From: Candidatus Poseidoniaceae archaeon
GTDB lineage: Archaea; Thermoplasmatota; Poseidoniia; Poseidoniales; Poseidoniaceae
Reading direction: 5' to 3'
Length of the DNA stretch: 64,000 nt
Assembly (NCBI GenBank): GCA_943788295.1
Contig: CALSPS010000004.1
Location: forward strand, 224,540-288,539
The notes under the pieces are model-generated. The model was given only the letters and a program-made list of their open reading frames with translations. It did not search any database and was not told the origin of the DNA. Made by a program: the position numbers and the translations under genes. Shown here piece after piece: positions 46,054 to 55,736 of the stretch (position 1 is its first letter; each line of letters begins with the position of its first letter).

Positions 46054-48645
46054 ATGGATACTTCCGCACTTGAGGCTAAGATGGCCAACGGTGCAGGATT
46101 GTTCCAGCGCTCGGCCCTCCTCATCCTCATTGTGACGGGTATGATCACGGTTGGCCTCATGGCTCATTTGACCGTCTCCCCTCCGGACTTCAACACCGAC
46201 CTTGGTGATTTTGCACCGGATTCTGAAGCGAAAAAAGCCCACGACCGAATCCACCAACACTTCCCCAATGAAACGCGTCCATTGTTCATCGAAGTGCGTG
46301 CTGATAATGGCAGCAACATTCTTTCTATAGAAAACATGCAAACCATGGATGAACACCTATCAATCATCGAGAATGCTTCAGCAAGGCGCGGTGAAATGAT
46401 CACGGTATGGACCACCGCACCAGGCATCCTACAACTCGCATTGGATGAGGAAGGCGAAGGCGAGGCGCTCACCAACATCTCGTCATGGGCACAGATTCTT
46501 GATTTGATTTTCGAGGATGACACCACGTGCACCATGACCAGCGACGATCAACTGCTTTCGGCGGCAACCTATGCATCATCGGCCTTGCTCAACAAAGACT
46601 TGAGTCTTGATGACACATGCTCCTATCTTGAATCGGGCAATGGCAGTGCAGCCCCATTTGCTTCGACCACCTTGTGGGTCCTTGAGGTGGACCCGGATTT
46701 GGATGAAGAGAATCGAAGGGTCCTCCAAGACCAGTTGCGCGATGAGTTTGCTACCCTCTCTTCGGATTCATCGCTTTCTTACGGAGTCGTTTCACTTGAC
46801 CTTATCTCCTATGACATTGACGAAGGAACCTTCCAAAACTTAGCGCTTCTCATCATCATTGCTCTGTTCGTGGTGGTTGTTCTTCTTGCCCTCGCCTTCC
46901 GCTCGGTACCCGACGTCTTGTTCCCCCTCATCGGGTTATCATCTGCTTTGATTTGGACCTACGGGGTCATGAACCTGCTCGGAGCTAAATTCACCGCCCT
47001 TGAAGTGGCGGTGGCTCCGCTTGTTCTTGGATTAGGAATCGACTATGCCATTCACTTGCAACGCGCCTATGCTGCCATACGAAAGGAACATCAAAACCCA
47101 GCAGAGGCATGGCTTCGTTCGTGTGCCCGCCTCTCGGTTCCATTGCTCCTTGCGGTGGTCACAACCGTTGCGGCTTTCCTTGCGAACATCATTTCTCCGC
47201 TGCCGCCGTTGGCGACCTTTGGATATGCCTTGGCCTTTGGTGTGGTCTGTGCCTTTGTTTCAGCCACTGTGGTTGTTGGTTCCCTTCACGTCGTCGTTCG
47301 ATCATTTGCAGTCAAAGAAGGAACTCAAGCCATCACAATGCCAAAACTTGTCGATCGCATTGTGGCTCTCCAACAAAAGCAACAGGTCGGTGTCCTCTTG
47401 GTCACAATCCTGATTTCTGGAGCATCGGTCTTTGGGGCAGCATCGCTTGAAACTGATTTTGATCTCGGTGACTTTGTTGACCCTGGGATGGAAATCATGG
47501 ACGTCCGAGAGGATTTGGACACCAATTACGACAGTGCGGGCTGGAAACTGCTCTACATTCTTTTCGAACCTGTTGAAGGGGAAAGCACCATTCCTGGTGA
47601 TTCGCTTTTGCTTGAGCAAATTCAAGGCCTCCACACCGATTTGACATCAAATCACGATGTGGTTGGAACCGATGAACGAATTCCCTCACCGGCCTACGAA
47701 GGACCCTATGTTGTTCTGAGAGACGCCATCCTGCGCAACAGCAGTTTCGGAGAAGCCCACAATCTGGAAGTCTTCGACGGTGATGTTTATGTCAAGAATT
47801 CAAGCCTTGGATGCAACTTGGCTGAGGTGTTCTTGCAACTGTCCACGAACACTTCGGTTGCCGATGCAATCAGCGGCGAAACATGGTCGGAGCGCGTGGC
47901 ACAAACTGTGGCCATGGATTCCAATGGCATTACCTTCCTAAGAAACGAGGTCCGCGTCGAAGCCTCAACGTCCACTCAGGCAGAGCGTGTCATCGCCCAG
48001 GTCCAAACTGAACTTGGCTCAACAGATGACCGAGGCACAATGCGTGAGAACCTTGTCGACCACGCCGAACTTCACGTGACCGGTGACTTGGTCATCTTGC
48101 AAACTGTCCTTGACGGTCTAAGCGTCTCCCAACTCAAAACCACCCTCATTTCACTGGTCGTCTCAAGCGTCGTGCTGCTGCTGTTGACCCGCCGAATTTT
48201 ACCAGCCGTCGTCGTGCTGTTCCCTGTGGCCCTTGCTTCGCTTTGGGTTGCTGGTTCAATGGCAGCGCTCGGACTGAAGTGGAACGTGCTGACCGTCATG
48301 GTGACGGCACTGACACTGGGCATCGGCATCGATTACTCAATCCACATGTGGCGGCGCTTCGAGGTTGAACTCGAACGTAGGGACACCCATTGGGAGGCAT
48401 TGCGTGCAGCTTTATCGACCACTGGCGTTGCGCTCATCATGAGCGCACTTACCACCGGATTTGGCTTCCTGGTCCTTCTTTTCTCACCAATGCCCATCAT
48501 CCAAGACTTTGGATTGATCACGGCGGTGACGGTGTTCTTTTCCCTCTTGCTGTCCCTGATTCTTCTGCCAGTCTTGGTTGAACTCTCAGCTCGAAACAAA
48601 GAGCAGGTGCTCGAAGTGAGCGACGGCACCGTCATCGAAGGATGA
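46054..48645 (+). CDS. RND/MMPL-family transporter
   Basis: LGLGIDYAIH and LGIGIDYSIH motifs; duplicated TM/loop architecture. Confidence 0.9.
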   Translation: MDTSALEAKMANGAGLFQRSALLILIVTGMITVGLMAHLTVSPPDFNTDLGDFAPDSEAKKAHDRIHQHFPNETRPLFIEVRADNGSNILSIENMQTMDEHLSIIENASARRGEMITVWTTAPGILQLALDEEGEGEALTNISSWAQILDLIFEDDTTCTMTSDDQLLSAATYASSALLNKDLSLDDTCSYLESGNGSAAPFASTTLWVLEVDPDLDEENRRVLQDQLRDEFATLSSDSSLSYGVVSLDLISYDIDEGTFQNLALLIIIALFVVVVLLALAFRSVPDVLFPLIGLSSALIWTYGVMNLLGAKFTALEVAVAPLVLGLGIDYAIHLQRAYAAIRKEHQNPAEAWLRSCARLSVPLLLAVVTTVAAFLANIISPLPPLATFGYALAFGVVCAFVSATVVVGSLHVVVRSFAVKEGTQAITMPKLVDRIVALQQKQQVGVLLVTILISGASVFGAASLETDFDLGDFVDPGMEIMDVREDLDTNYDSAGWKLLYILFEPVEGESTIPGDSLLLEQIQGLHTDLTSNHDVVGTDERIPSPAYEGPYVVLRDAILRNSSFGEAHNLEVFDGDVYVKNSSLGCNLAEVFLQLSTNTSVADAISGETWSERVAQTVAMDSNGITFLRNEVRVEASTSTQAERVIAQVQTELGSTDDRGTMRENLVDHAELHVTGDLVILQTVLDGLSVSQLKTTLISLVVSSVVLLLLTRRILPAVVVLFPVALASLWVAGSMAALGLKWNVLTVMVTALTLGIGIDYSIHMWRRFEVELERRDTHWEALRAALSTTGVALIMSALTTGFGFLVLLFSPMPIIQDFGLITAVTVFFSLLLSLILLPVLVELSARNKEQVLEVSDGTVIEG

Positions 48646-49233
48646 TCAATAGACCGAAAGAGCGGCAGTGATGTCGTCCATCGCTAACCCTTGTTCACGG
48701 GCCACTAGGGCAAGACAAATCCAATCGCTTGCGTACGTGAGAGCTTTTGCTTTCCGTTGGGCTCTTCGTTCGACTTCCTCAATTTGCAATTGAGACTGAC
48801 GTGCAATGAATTTGGTAAGCCTTGGCGTCAAGCGTGACCTTGGATCGTCGCTGACCACTGCTTTCACGGCCACAGTGGGTGCCTGTTGTTGAGGTGCAAC
48901 GGGCAGTGGCGTAGAACGGGATTCAGGCGCAATCGACGGAGTTTGGGGCTCAGCACCCTGTGAAACGGGTGATAAAAGACGCGATGGGCGAGGGAACCAG
49001 CCAAGTGGAGAAACGATTCCATTCAACGAAACCGTCGGTGTAAGCGCATCCTCTGGGCCGGTTAACCAACCTGCTGCAATCAAGGCTTGGACCGCTGCTT
49101 CGGCTTCCTCGGGGGAAATCCAACCCATGTCGAAGGACATGATTCGCTCCAAATCTAAGGCGTCGAGTGGCCCGCCTTCTCGGTAACAAATAGCAAGCAC
49201 ACGCAAGACATCGTCCGTGTCTTCCTTGCTCAT
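48646..49233 (-). CDS. DUF2240-like protein
   Basis: MSFDMGWISPEEA...GWL and C-terminal LALVAREQG. Confidence 0.7.
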   Translation of the reverse strand: MSKEDTDDVLRVLAICYREGGPLDALDLERIMSFDMGWISPEEAEAAVQALIAAGWLTGPEDALTPTVSLNGIVSPLGWFPRPSRLLSPVSQGAEPQTPSIAPESRSTPLPVAPQQQAPTVAVKAVVSDDPRSRLTPRLTKFIARQSQLQIEEVERRAQRKAKALTYASDWICLALVAREQGLAMDDITAALSVY

Positions 49234-49281
49234 GATGGACTGTGCGCGTCCCTTGTTGAAGAAGGTAAGCCCGAATTTAAC

Positions 49282-52200
49282 TCACTCAATTCGAGTGAAT
49301 GTTTTGTCCTCATTCATCTGCCAGACACCGCATTCTTCGCCTTTGTAGACCGTTTGCTCCATCGCGTAATCATACTCGCCACCAGCCGGTAACTTCGACC
49401 ATTCACTTACAGTGGTACCAATGGATGAACTTCCGCTTTCGCTGGTCGGTTGAATCAGTGCATCAAGGGCTTTCGAGCCATCAACTTCGGCTTCAGGTTC
49501 AGTTTGCGGTTGACGTCCTGGAGGTCCTTTCAGGCCTGCCGGTTTGGGTTTAGGCGTGCTCGACCGCTGGGGTGGGCCTCTGAGTGGCTTGGCCGTTACG
49601 GGTGGCTGTGTCAGTTCAGGCGCATCGACTTCGGGGTCCGAATCGACCGAGCCTCGTCGTCGAAGCAACAGCACCAAGCCCGCCAACCCAACGAGAGAAA
49701 TTCCACCCGCTGCGGCGATGGTTGCGGAACCAAAGCCTGAGGTGCTGGGGGAGAACGATGCGTTCCAAGCGTTGTTGGTTTCGTCCACTTCCCACATCAA
49801 TTGCTCGGCATCGACTTCGACATGGAGGCTCCATGTGCCACTTGGGACGGTGATGGTGCTTCTGAGGGTGGTGGCGGTGTTCATGCCAATTTTTGTGACC
49901 AGTTCGCGTCCGACAAGGGTTCGCTCACCGTCACTCTCAGTGTAGATTGACACGTTAAACGGATCATCGATGGCTTCACCAAGGCTTGCCAATTGAACGG
50001 CGAGTCGCATTGTCTCGCCGGACTCCCGTCCGCCACTTATTTCGACATCAGTGATTGCCAAATCTGGGCCATTGCTGCTTAATGGCAACGTCAACCAAGG
50101 GTCGAGTTCTGAATTTCCACCGTTTGCTGCAAGCGTCCAACCTGCATCGTCCATGCCCGAAGCCCAGCACACAATGCTGGCCTGTGTTGCGAGCGTTGAA
50201 GGATCGCCAAGCGGGCTAAAATCAAACACAAAGGAAAACATCGTTTTGCCATCATAGACCGTTGATGAGGCCTTGCTTTGGCTGGAAATTGGCCAGGAAT
50301 CGCTCAAGGAACGAACCTGGCAATGAAGCGTCAGATTTCCAGACCAGAGGTTCGCTTCTTGGATGTTGGCACCAATTTCAACTTCGCTGAGATGGAATCG
50401 CGAAAAACCACTGCTCAGCGTTGAATCGAGCAGCACTGGTGCCGCTCCATCAATTCTTAGCGTTGGCAGATCGATGGTCAACAACTCCCGAGTGGCATAG
50501 GGGTCCCAAATGCTGAGTTCAGTCTCAAACAACAGTCCAGATCCCAATGGTGCATCAAATTCAATGGAGAGTTGGCCGTCAATGGCTTCACCCGAAGTAC
50601 CACCGCTCCACCGGTCGGTTTGCAATTTGCCGTTCCAATACACGGACACAGGGCCGGTGTAACTTGTGTTGCTCAGTGCATGGTGGATAGAGGCAGTGAG
50701 GCGGATTTGTTCGCCACTTTGTATGCTCCAACCTTCACTCAAATCGCCTTGAACCTCGCCTTCGATGTCCATGAGCGAATCAAGGACAACTTCCATTTCT
50801 GGCTCGTAGGTCCATTGTTCTTCGAAGGTGACGGTTTGAATCCCATCATAGTCTTCGATGACCACATCAATGCGTCCGTCGTTGCTTCCCGGGGTGACAA
50901 AGGTCCAATCAACAACCGCTTTGAACTCGATCACAAGCGTTTCGCCAAGCACGGCGTTGCAGCCTTGTGTGACTTGCATTCGAGCGTCGAGGCCTTCGCA
51001 GGTTCCGAGGTTTGTGTTGTAGCGTAGACCGAGCGTCGGATCGTTACCAAGCAGCATGCTCACACGGGTGATGTCATCGATTTTGTTGGCGTCAGACACT
51101 TCGAGGCGCCATCCAAATTCCTTGGTTGGTTCGAGCCTGATCGGATTCTCTGCATTGCCATTGTCCAAGGCTTCGAGGCTCAATAACTGTCCTTTTGCTG
51201 GTGTGCGGCTTTCCCACCAAAGCGTACCGTCAGCAGCTGATGATGGACCGATGTCGAAGCCGGCGAGGTCTGTGCCCTTCAACCAAATGCGCACCAATTG
51301 ATGGTCGTCGTTGGCGCTTTCATTGACCTCAAGATGAATGGTCCAGTCGTTTCCATCGTTGCTAAAATCAAGTGGATGTGGAACATATTCGCTTGCTTCA
51401 GAAGCACCGTTTCCGGAGGTGTCATGCAGGGCTTCAATCCAAATGAACCCTTGAACCGTAGCGTTTGAAAACCCACCCACATCATGGTAGTGAAGCGAGA
51501 CTTGACGGTTGTTCTCTTCGTTGGTGTACGCTCCATTCATAGGCTCGGTGCTGGTCAACACCGGCGCCTCGTTGTTGATTTCGACGGTTCTGTTTGAGGC
51601 CAACACATTCAATGCTAAATCTTCAGAGGTGCGTGCTTCCAACCAAATTCGAGCATCACCCGAGGTGCCATTTGGAAGCTTGAACTCAATCGACGTTGTC
51701 GAACCGATGTCCAAGGTGGTCCAGACGCCTTGGTAGGAGTAGAACGTTCCACCCGATGCCTCAGTGCTGGTTACATCGATGTTGATTCGTGCTTCGATCA
51801 ATCCATTCAACAAACGAGCACCTGAATTGGTGAAGGTGTGGTCAACGGTTGCGCTCAACGGGGCATCACCGGGGTAAATTTCTCCCTCGCTGACCGAACT
51901 GCCGCCTTGGCTGCTGAAACTCGATGTCATGTCGAGCACCTCAACCGTGAGTTCGTTGTCGATGGATGTGATGGTTGGTGTTGTGTAACTCGTCGTTGCC
52001 GCACCATGGGTTGAGGTGCTCATCTGCAGGTAAGGTGTGCTCAGTCCGTCATTGACGGCAAACGACCAATCAACAACATCGCCGTCAACGCTGGAGGAAT
52101 GTGTTGCCTGAATGTCGGTGGAGCGCAAGATTCCATCGACATCATCAATGCTCAAGGATGAAGCACTCGGGTCGTAGGAAAGAACAGCAGGGTCAAGGCC

Positions 52201-53880
52201 TGTGATGTTGAACCCATCATAGGTCGTCTGCCGGATTGTCAGGCTGTATGTCGATTGGGCATCGTACGCAGAATGGAAACTCTGCACTACGCTGACTTCT
52301 GCGTTTGGATTGAGCACACTGGGCGGTGGTGAGAAAAAGCCTGCTTCCTCAGATCCCACTTCGACATGATGGAGTGTGGGGGTGGCCCATGCGTTGAATT
52401 CAGTGGTTTCAAACACGATTCTGTATTGAATGAGAGAATCGCCCTCCACAGCGTCGGTGATGGTGTGGTTCCCGATGTTGAGCGACTCAGAACTTTGGTT
52501 GGCGCCTAACGGTCGCCATGGGCTGTTGCTGATGTCGTTTTGCGTCGCTCCAGTCTTGTATTGCATGGTGAGTTGCGTGTTGACTGGGGTGATGCCCTCC
52601 AACTCAATCCACAGTGGCGTAGCGCTTGCTGTAAGGCCAGTGCGCAAGTCAAAAATATCCGAGAGCAAGATTCCTGATTGTGAATTGGGGTTCTCGTGCG
52701 AACCCGTGGTGTCCGAATAGGCAGTGCCCCAGTTGCTGAACCGCCAAGCGGATGTGTCGCCACCTGCGTAAACCAACGCACCATCGACGTTGAGCATATC
52801 AAAGTCGTAGAGTGCCGTGTGCAACGGATCATGAGCGTGCAGTTGGCCAGTGATTGGGTTGTAGCCACGAACTTGGTCGTACCTCAAGTTGTTATTCCGG
52901 CCACCGGCAATGACGATCTCATCGTTGTGAACAACGGCTGCATGCGATGAAATTTTGAAGGGTAAATCCGAACCATTGGTCCATGTGTTGGTGACAGGAT
53001 CATAAATTTCAGTGTGGTTTGCAGACTGGGTCGTGGTTTGATTCAATGCAGCATCAAATAAGGTCACAATTCCACCCAAAGCGTACAACTTCCCATCGAA
53101 AGCAACCAACTCAAAGGAATGGCGTGGTGCGCTCATGTTGGCCATGTAATCCCACACGTCAGTGGCGGGATTGTACCTCATGGTGCGGTTGGTCAAGTCT
53201 GATCTGTCCTTCATCCCCACTCCGCCTGCTACATAGATGAAACCGTCGAGGGTGTCCATGCCAGCCAGGCCAACACCCGTCGTAGCGGGCATCGAAGTGC
53301 CGTCCGTCCAGTTGTTGGTTGCAGGGTCGAAGATGTGGACCATCCCATCGCCCATGATGGCAGGTGTTGCATAGGGGTGGTAATCGCCGATGGCGTAGAT
53401 TTTTCCTTGGACAGTCACGCATTCGTGATAGGCTTGAGGCTGTGGTAATGTGTCAGGGTTGGGCGACCAAGTTTGGTTCGCAATATCAAACGTCTCAATG
53501 AAATTCGTGATGTCTTCATCACCGCTCTGACTTGGATTTGGATCGTAGCGTCCACCGATGAGCCAAGCCTCGTCAGTCACGCTGTTGTATTCCAAACAAC
53601 CAGCAGTTCGCCTGAACATCATGCCTGGTGCAGGGGCTGTTTGGAAACTGATGACCGGCCGGTCGAGCATTGGTGTGCCATTGGCGCTGTTGACCGTGAT
53701 GTTTGAGGGTGTGAATCCATCGCTGGCGTTAAATCCGGCAACGACAGCGATCACTGAGGCCTTTTCGTGGTCCTCCACAAGGGGTTCTGCGGCGTCAAGC
53801 ACCCCGCTGTACGGCAGAAGCAACATACCCGCCACCGCCCAAAACACGAAGAGGAAATGACTTGAACTGAGGTTCGCCAT
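49282..53880 (-). CDS. Giant (1532 aa) surface protein: Kelch beta-propeller, Ig-like stalk, CARDB, TM, cytoplasmic tail
   Basis: Six Kelch-like repeats (LIGG, IYAIG, IYVAGG, LYALGG, IVIAGG, VYAGG with YDPxTNxW); PDLAI...EVDETNN; TM followed by RRR. Confidence 0.88.
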   Translation of the reverse strand: MANLSSSHFLFVFWAVAGMLLLPYSGVLDAAEPLVEDHEKASVIAVVAGFNASDGFTPSNITVNSANGTPMLDRPVISFQTAPAPGMMFRRTAGCLEYNSVTDEAWLIGGRYDPNPSQSGDEDITNFIETFDIANQTWSPNPDTLPQPQAYHECVTVQGKIYAIGDYHPYATPAIMGDGMVHIFDPATNNWTDGTSMPATTGVGLAGMDTLDGFIYVAGGVGMKDRSDLTNRTMRYNPATDVWDYMANMSAPRHSFELVAFDGKLYALGGIVTLFDAALNQTTTQSANHTEIYDPVTNTWTNGSDLPFKISSHAAVVHNDEIVIAGGRNNNLRYDQVRGYNPITGQLHAHDPLHTALYDFDMLNVDGALVYAGGDTSAWRFSNWGTAYSDTTGSHENPNSQSGILLSDIFDLRTGLTASATPLWIELEGITPVNTQLTMQYKTGATQNDISNSPWRPLGANQSSESLNIGNHTITDAVEGDSLIQYRIVFETTEFNAWATPTLHHVEVGSEEAGFFSPPPSVLNPNAEVSVVQSFHSAYDAQSTYSLTIRQTTYDGFNITGLDPAVLSYDPSASSLSIDDVDGILRSTDIQATHSSSVDGDVVDWSFAVNDGLSTPYLQMSTSTHGAATTSYTTPTITSIDNELTVEVLDMTSSFSSQGGSSVSEGEIYPGDAPLSATVDHTFTNSGARLLNGLIEARINIDVTSTEASGGTFYSYQGVWTTLDIGSTTSIEFKLPNGTSGDARIWLEARTSEDLALNVLASNRTVEINNEAPVLTSTEPMNGAYTNEENNRQVSLHYHDVGGFSNATVQGFIWIEALHDTSGNGASEASEYVPHPLDFSNDGNDWTIHLEVNESANDDHQLVRIWLKGTDLAGFDIGPSSAADGTLWWESRTPAKGQLLSLEALDNGNAENPIRLEPTKEFGWRLEVSDANKIDDITRVSMLLGNDPTLGLRYNTNLGTCEGLDARMQVTQGCNAVLGETLVIEFKAVVDWTFVTPGSNDGRIDVVIEDYDGIQTVTFEEQWTYEPEMEVVLDSLMDIEGEVQGDLSEGWSIQSGEQIRLTASIHHALSNTSYTGPVSVYWNGKLQTDRWSGGTSGEAIDGQLSIEFDAPLGSGLLFETELSIWDPYATRELLTIDLPTLRIDGAAPVLLDSTLSSGFSRFHLSEVEIGANIQEANLWSGNLTLHCQVRSLSDSWPISSQSKASSTVYDGKTMFSFVFDFSPLGDPSTLATQASIVCWASGMDDAGWTLAANGGNSELDPWLTLPLSSNGPDLAITDVEISGGRESGETMRLAVQLASLGEAIDDPFNVSIYTESDGERTLVGRELVTKIGMNTATTLRSTITVPSGTWSLHVEVDAEQLMWEVDETNNAWNASFSPSTSGFGSATIAAAGGISLVGLAGLVLLLRRRGSVDSDPEVDAPELTQPPVTAKPLRGPPQRSSTPKPKPAGLKGPPGRQPQTEPEAEVDGSKALDALIQPTSESGSSSIGTTVSEWSKLPAGGEYDYAMEQTVYKGEECGVWQMNEDKTFTRIE

Positions 53881-54033
53881 GGTGTGGGACTTTGACGGCG
53901 ATTCAAGAGGCTTGCGTGCCCTTGTCTAGTCCATACGTTCTCACATTCTTCATAGAGCCTCGTCAGCAAACACACATGCGACGGCCATAGGTTCATTGGT
54001 AACGAACTGTTGCGCCGGGGTGGAGGGCTTCAA

Positions 54034-55362
54034 ATGGTACGTGAATATATTGCGAGAGACCCTCGAACAGGGCTCCCTCTCAACGTTGCAAAAAGCAAGC
54101 GGGTTGAGAAAAAAATACACAATGAAGTTGGCCCATGGGTCAGCATTTCAGACGCCGATGTGCTTCCGCTTGCCTTAGGGCAAACAAGCGAGGTTCAAAC
54201 TCGCTACCTCGATCAAAACCACACACATGGACGGGCCGCTGGGGTTCGTGCGCTTGGCCGGTTCAGCGGAAGCAGGGTGCATGAGGCCCACAAAGCACTC
54301 CTTATCGCCTTCGAGCAAGATGAAGCCACCATCAAGGTCGCCGCCCTCAATGTGTTGCCCGAAATCGCAGTTCGAAAATCGGATGAATTGTTTGATTGGC
54401 TTTCTGTGCTCCTCGATGACGATGATGCTCAGGTTCGTATGGCTGCCAGCCAATGCCTCGCACTGACGGCTCCAGTGTTCCCTTCAGCGGTTGAAACCAT
54501 CCTCGCAAACGAAATGCGTTCCTCAAGCAAGCCAAGGCAAACGGCCGCTTGGCGTGGGCTCAAGTCCTTGTGTGAAACTTGGCCCGAGGTTGTTGTTCAC
54601 CACATCGATACCCTTCTCTTAGAAGACGACCCTGCGTTGCGTCGAAAAGCGGCAGGGCTTCTCAAGAGCGTCGTGGCTCGTGGTGGACCGTCAGTTTGGG
54701 ATTTAATCTCATGGTCTTTGAATGACAATGACGTGGAGGTGCGACGAATATCTGCCCGCACCCTACCAAGTCTAGCCAAGAGGGAATCGAGGATTGCGAC
54801 CGTCTTTGCAGAACGAGCAATGGTTGATTCGGATTCAAAGGTTCGTCTGAGTGGAATCAAAGCCCTCCAATCAATCGACACCGATCATGGGCGTGCAAGG
54901 GAACTTGTCGTCAAGGGGACCTCCTCAAAAGACATCCAAGTTCGCAAGGCGTGCGTCGATTTACTGCCTCGTTTGTTTGGCGAAGATGTGTTGCGAACCA
55001 TGGCCATCGATTTGCTCAAGACCGAAACCGACCCTTCCATCAGCGCCTCGCTCAAAGAGATGATTTTCGACGCATCCATCGAAGGCACCGAAGCTCAGAA
55101 AAACGCTCAATTGGCTCCAGCACCAGCCGTTCCAGCCATCGACAGGGAAATTGCAGAAGCCCATGGGAAACAAGTTGGTTTCGAACCACTCCGCCCAGAT
55201 TCCACTCCGTTGGAGCCAAAGGATGCCGCTCCTAAAGAAACACCAACCACTCCCCCTCAGCCAGCAGCAGGTGCGTACAGGGCTGTGTCCCAGGATGAGA
55301 TGATGGGATACGACGATGAATTTGAGGATGAAGAACCTGAAACGGACGATGAATACTTCTGA
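54034..55362 (+). CDS. HEAT-repeat protein with acidic C-terminus
   Basis: Repeated LxDxDxxVRxxA units (LLDDDDAQVRMAA, LNDNDVEVRRIS, VDSDSKVRLSG). Confidence 0.82.
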   Translation: MVREYIARDPRTGLPLNVAKSKRVEKKIHNEVGPWVSISDADVLPLALGQTSEVQTRYLDQNHTHGRAAGVRALGRFSGSRVHEAHKALLIAFEQDEATIKVAALNVLPEIAVRKSDELFDWLSVLLDDDDAQVRMAASQCLALTAPVFPSAVETILANEMRSSSKPRQTAAWRGLKSLCETWPEVVVHHIDTLLLEDDPALRRKAAGLLKSVVARGGPSVWDLISWSLNDNDVEVRRISARTLPSLAKRESRIATVFAERAMVDSDSKVRLSGIKALQSIDTDHGRARELVVKGTSSKDIQVRKACVDLLPRLFGEDVLRTMAIDLLKTETDPSISASLKEMIFDASIEGTEAQKNAQLAPAPAVPAIDREIAEAHGKQVGFEPLRPDSTPLEPKDAAPKETPTTPPQPAAGAYRAVSQDEMMGYDDEFEDEEPETDDEYF

Positions 55363-55452
55363 TGTTCATTCGAATGGCTCGATGTTCTCACACAAACCAT
55401 GTCGGCATTGTTAAGAAGGGAGCATCAGTGGCCGGAGTGCTTAGAGGTGTTT

Positions 55453-55671
55453 ATGATGAGTTCAGGCGCATTTAATGACAAGGAAGAACAGTTCGACCGT
55501 TTGTGGGATGGAATCACCCCTAAAGGGATCAACCGCAACAAGTCGCTCAAGTTCCGACAATATATTCTCGAACACGTTCGACAGACTAAGCGCCCTATGA
55601 ATCGTGAGAACGCCCGCAAATACTGGATGGGCATTCTCCAACAAGAAATCGCAGAGCGCGACAATTACTGA
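55453..55671 (+). CDS. Small hypothetical protein (72 aa)
   Basis: SD GAGGTG upstream; helical, charged sequence (FDRLWDGITPKG...RKYWMG). Confidence 0.72.
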   Translation: MMSSGAFNDKEEQFDRLWDGITPKGINRNKSLKFRQYILEHVRQTKRPMNRENARKYWMGILQQEIAERDNY

Positions 55672-55682
55672 TTCAATTCGAT

Positions 55683-55733
55683 TGGGTTGCCACCGTCTCG
55701 GCGACCCACTCGCACAACCGAGACGGAGATGAT
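55683..55733 (+). promoter_or_regulatory. Putative H-type pseudoknot overlapping the SD of the DEAD-box helicase
   Basis: S1 55683-55691/55700-55708 (9 bp, one G-U); S2 55693-55699/55720-55726 (7 bp); SD-like GGAGATGAT at 55725-55733. Confidence 0.6.
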
Positions 55734-55736
55734 ACC

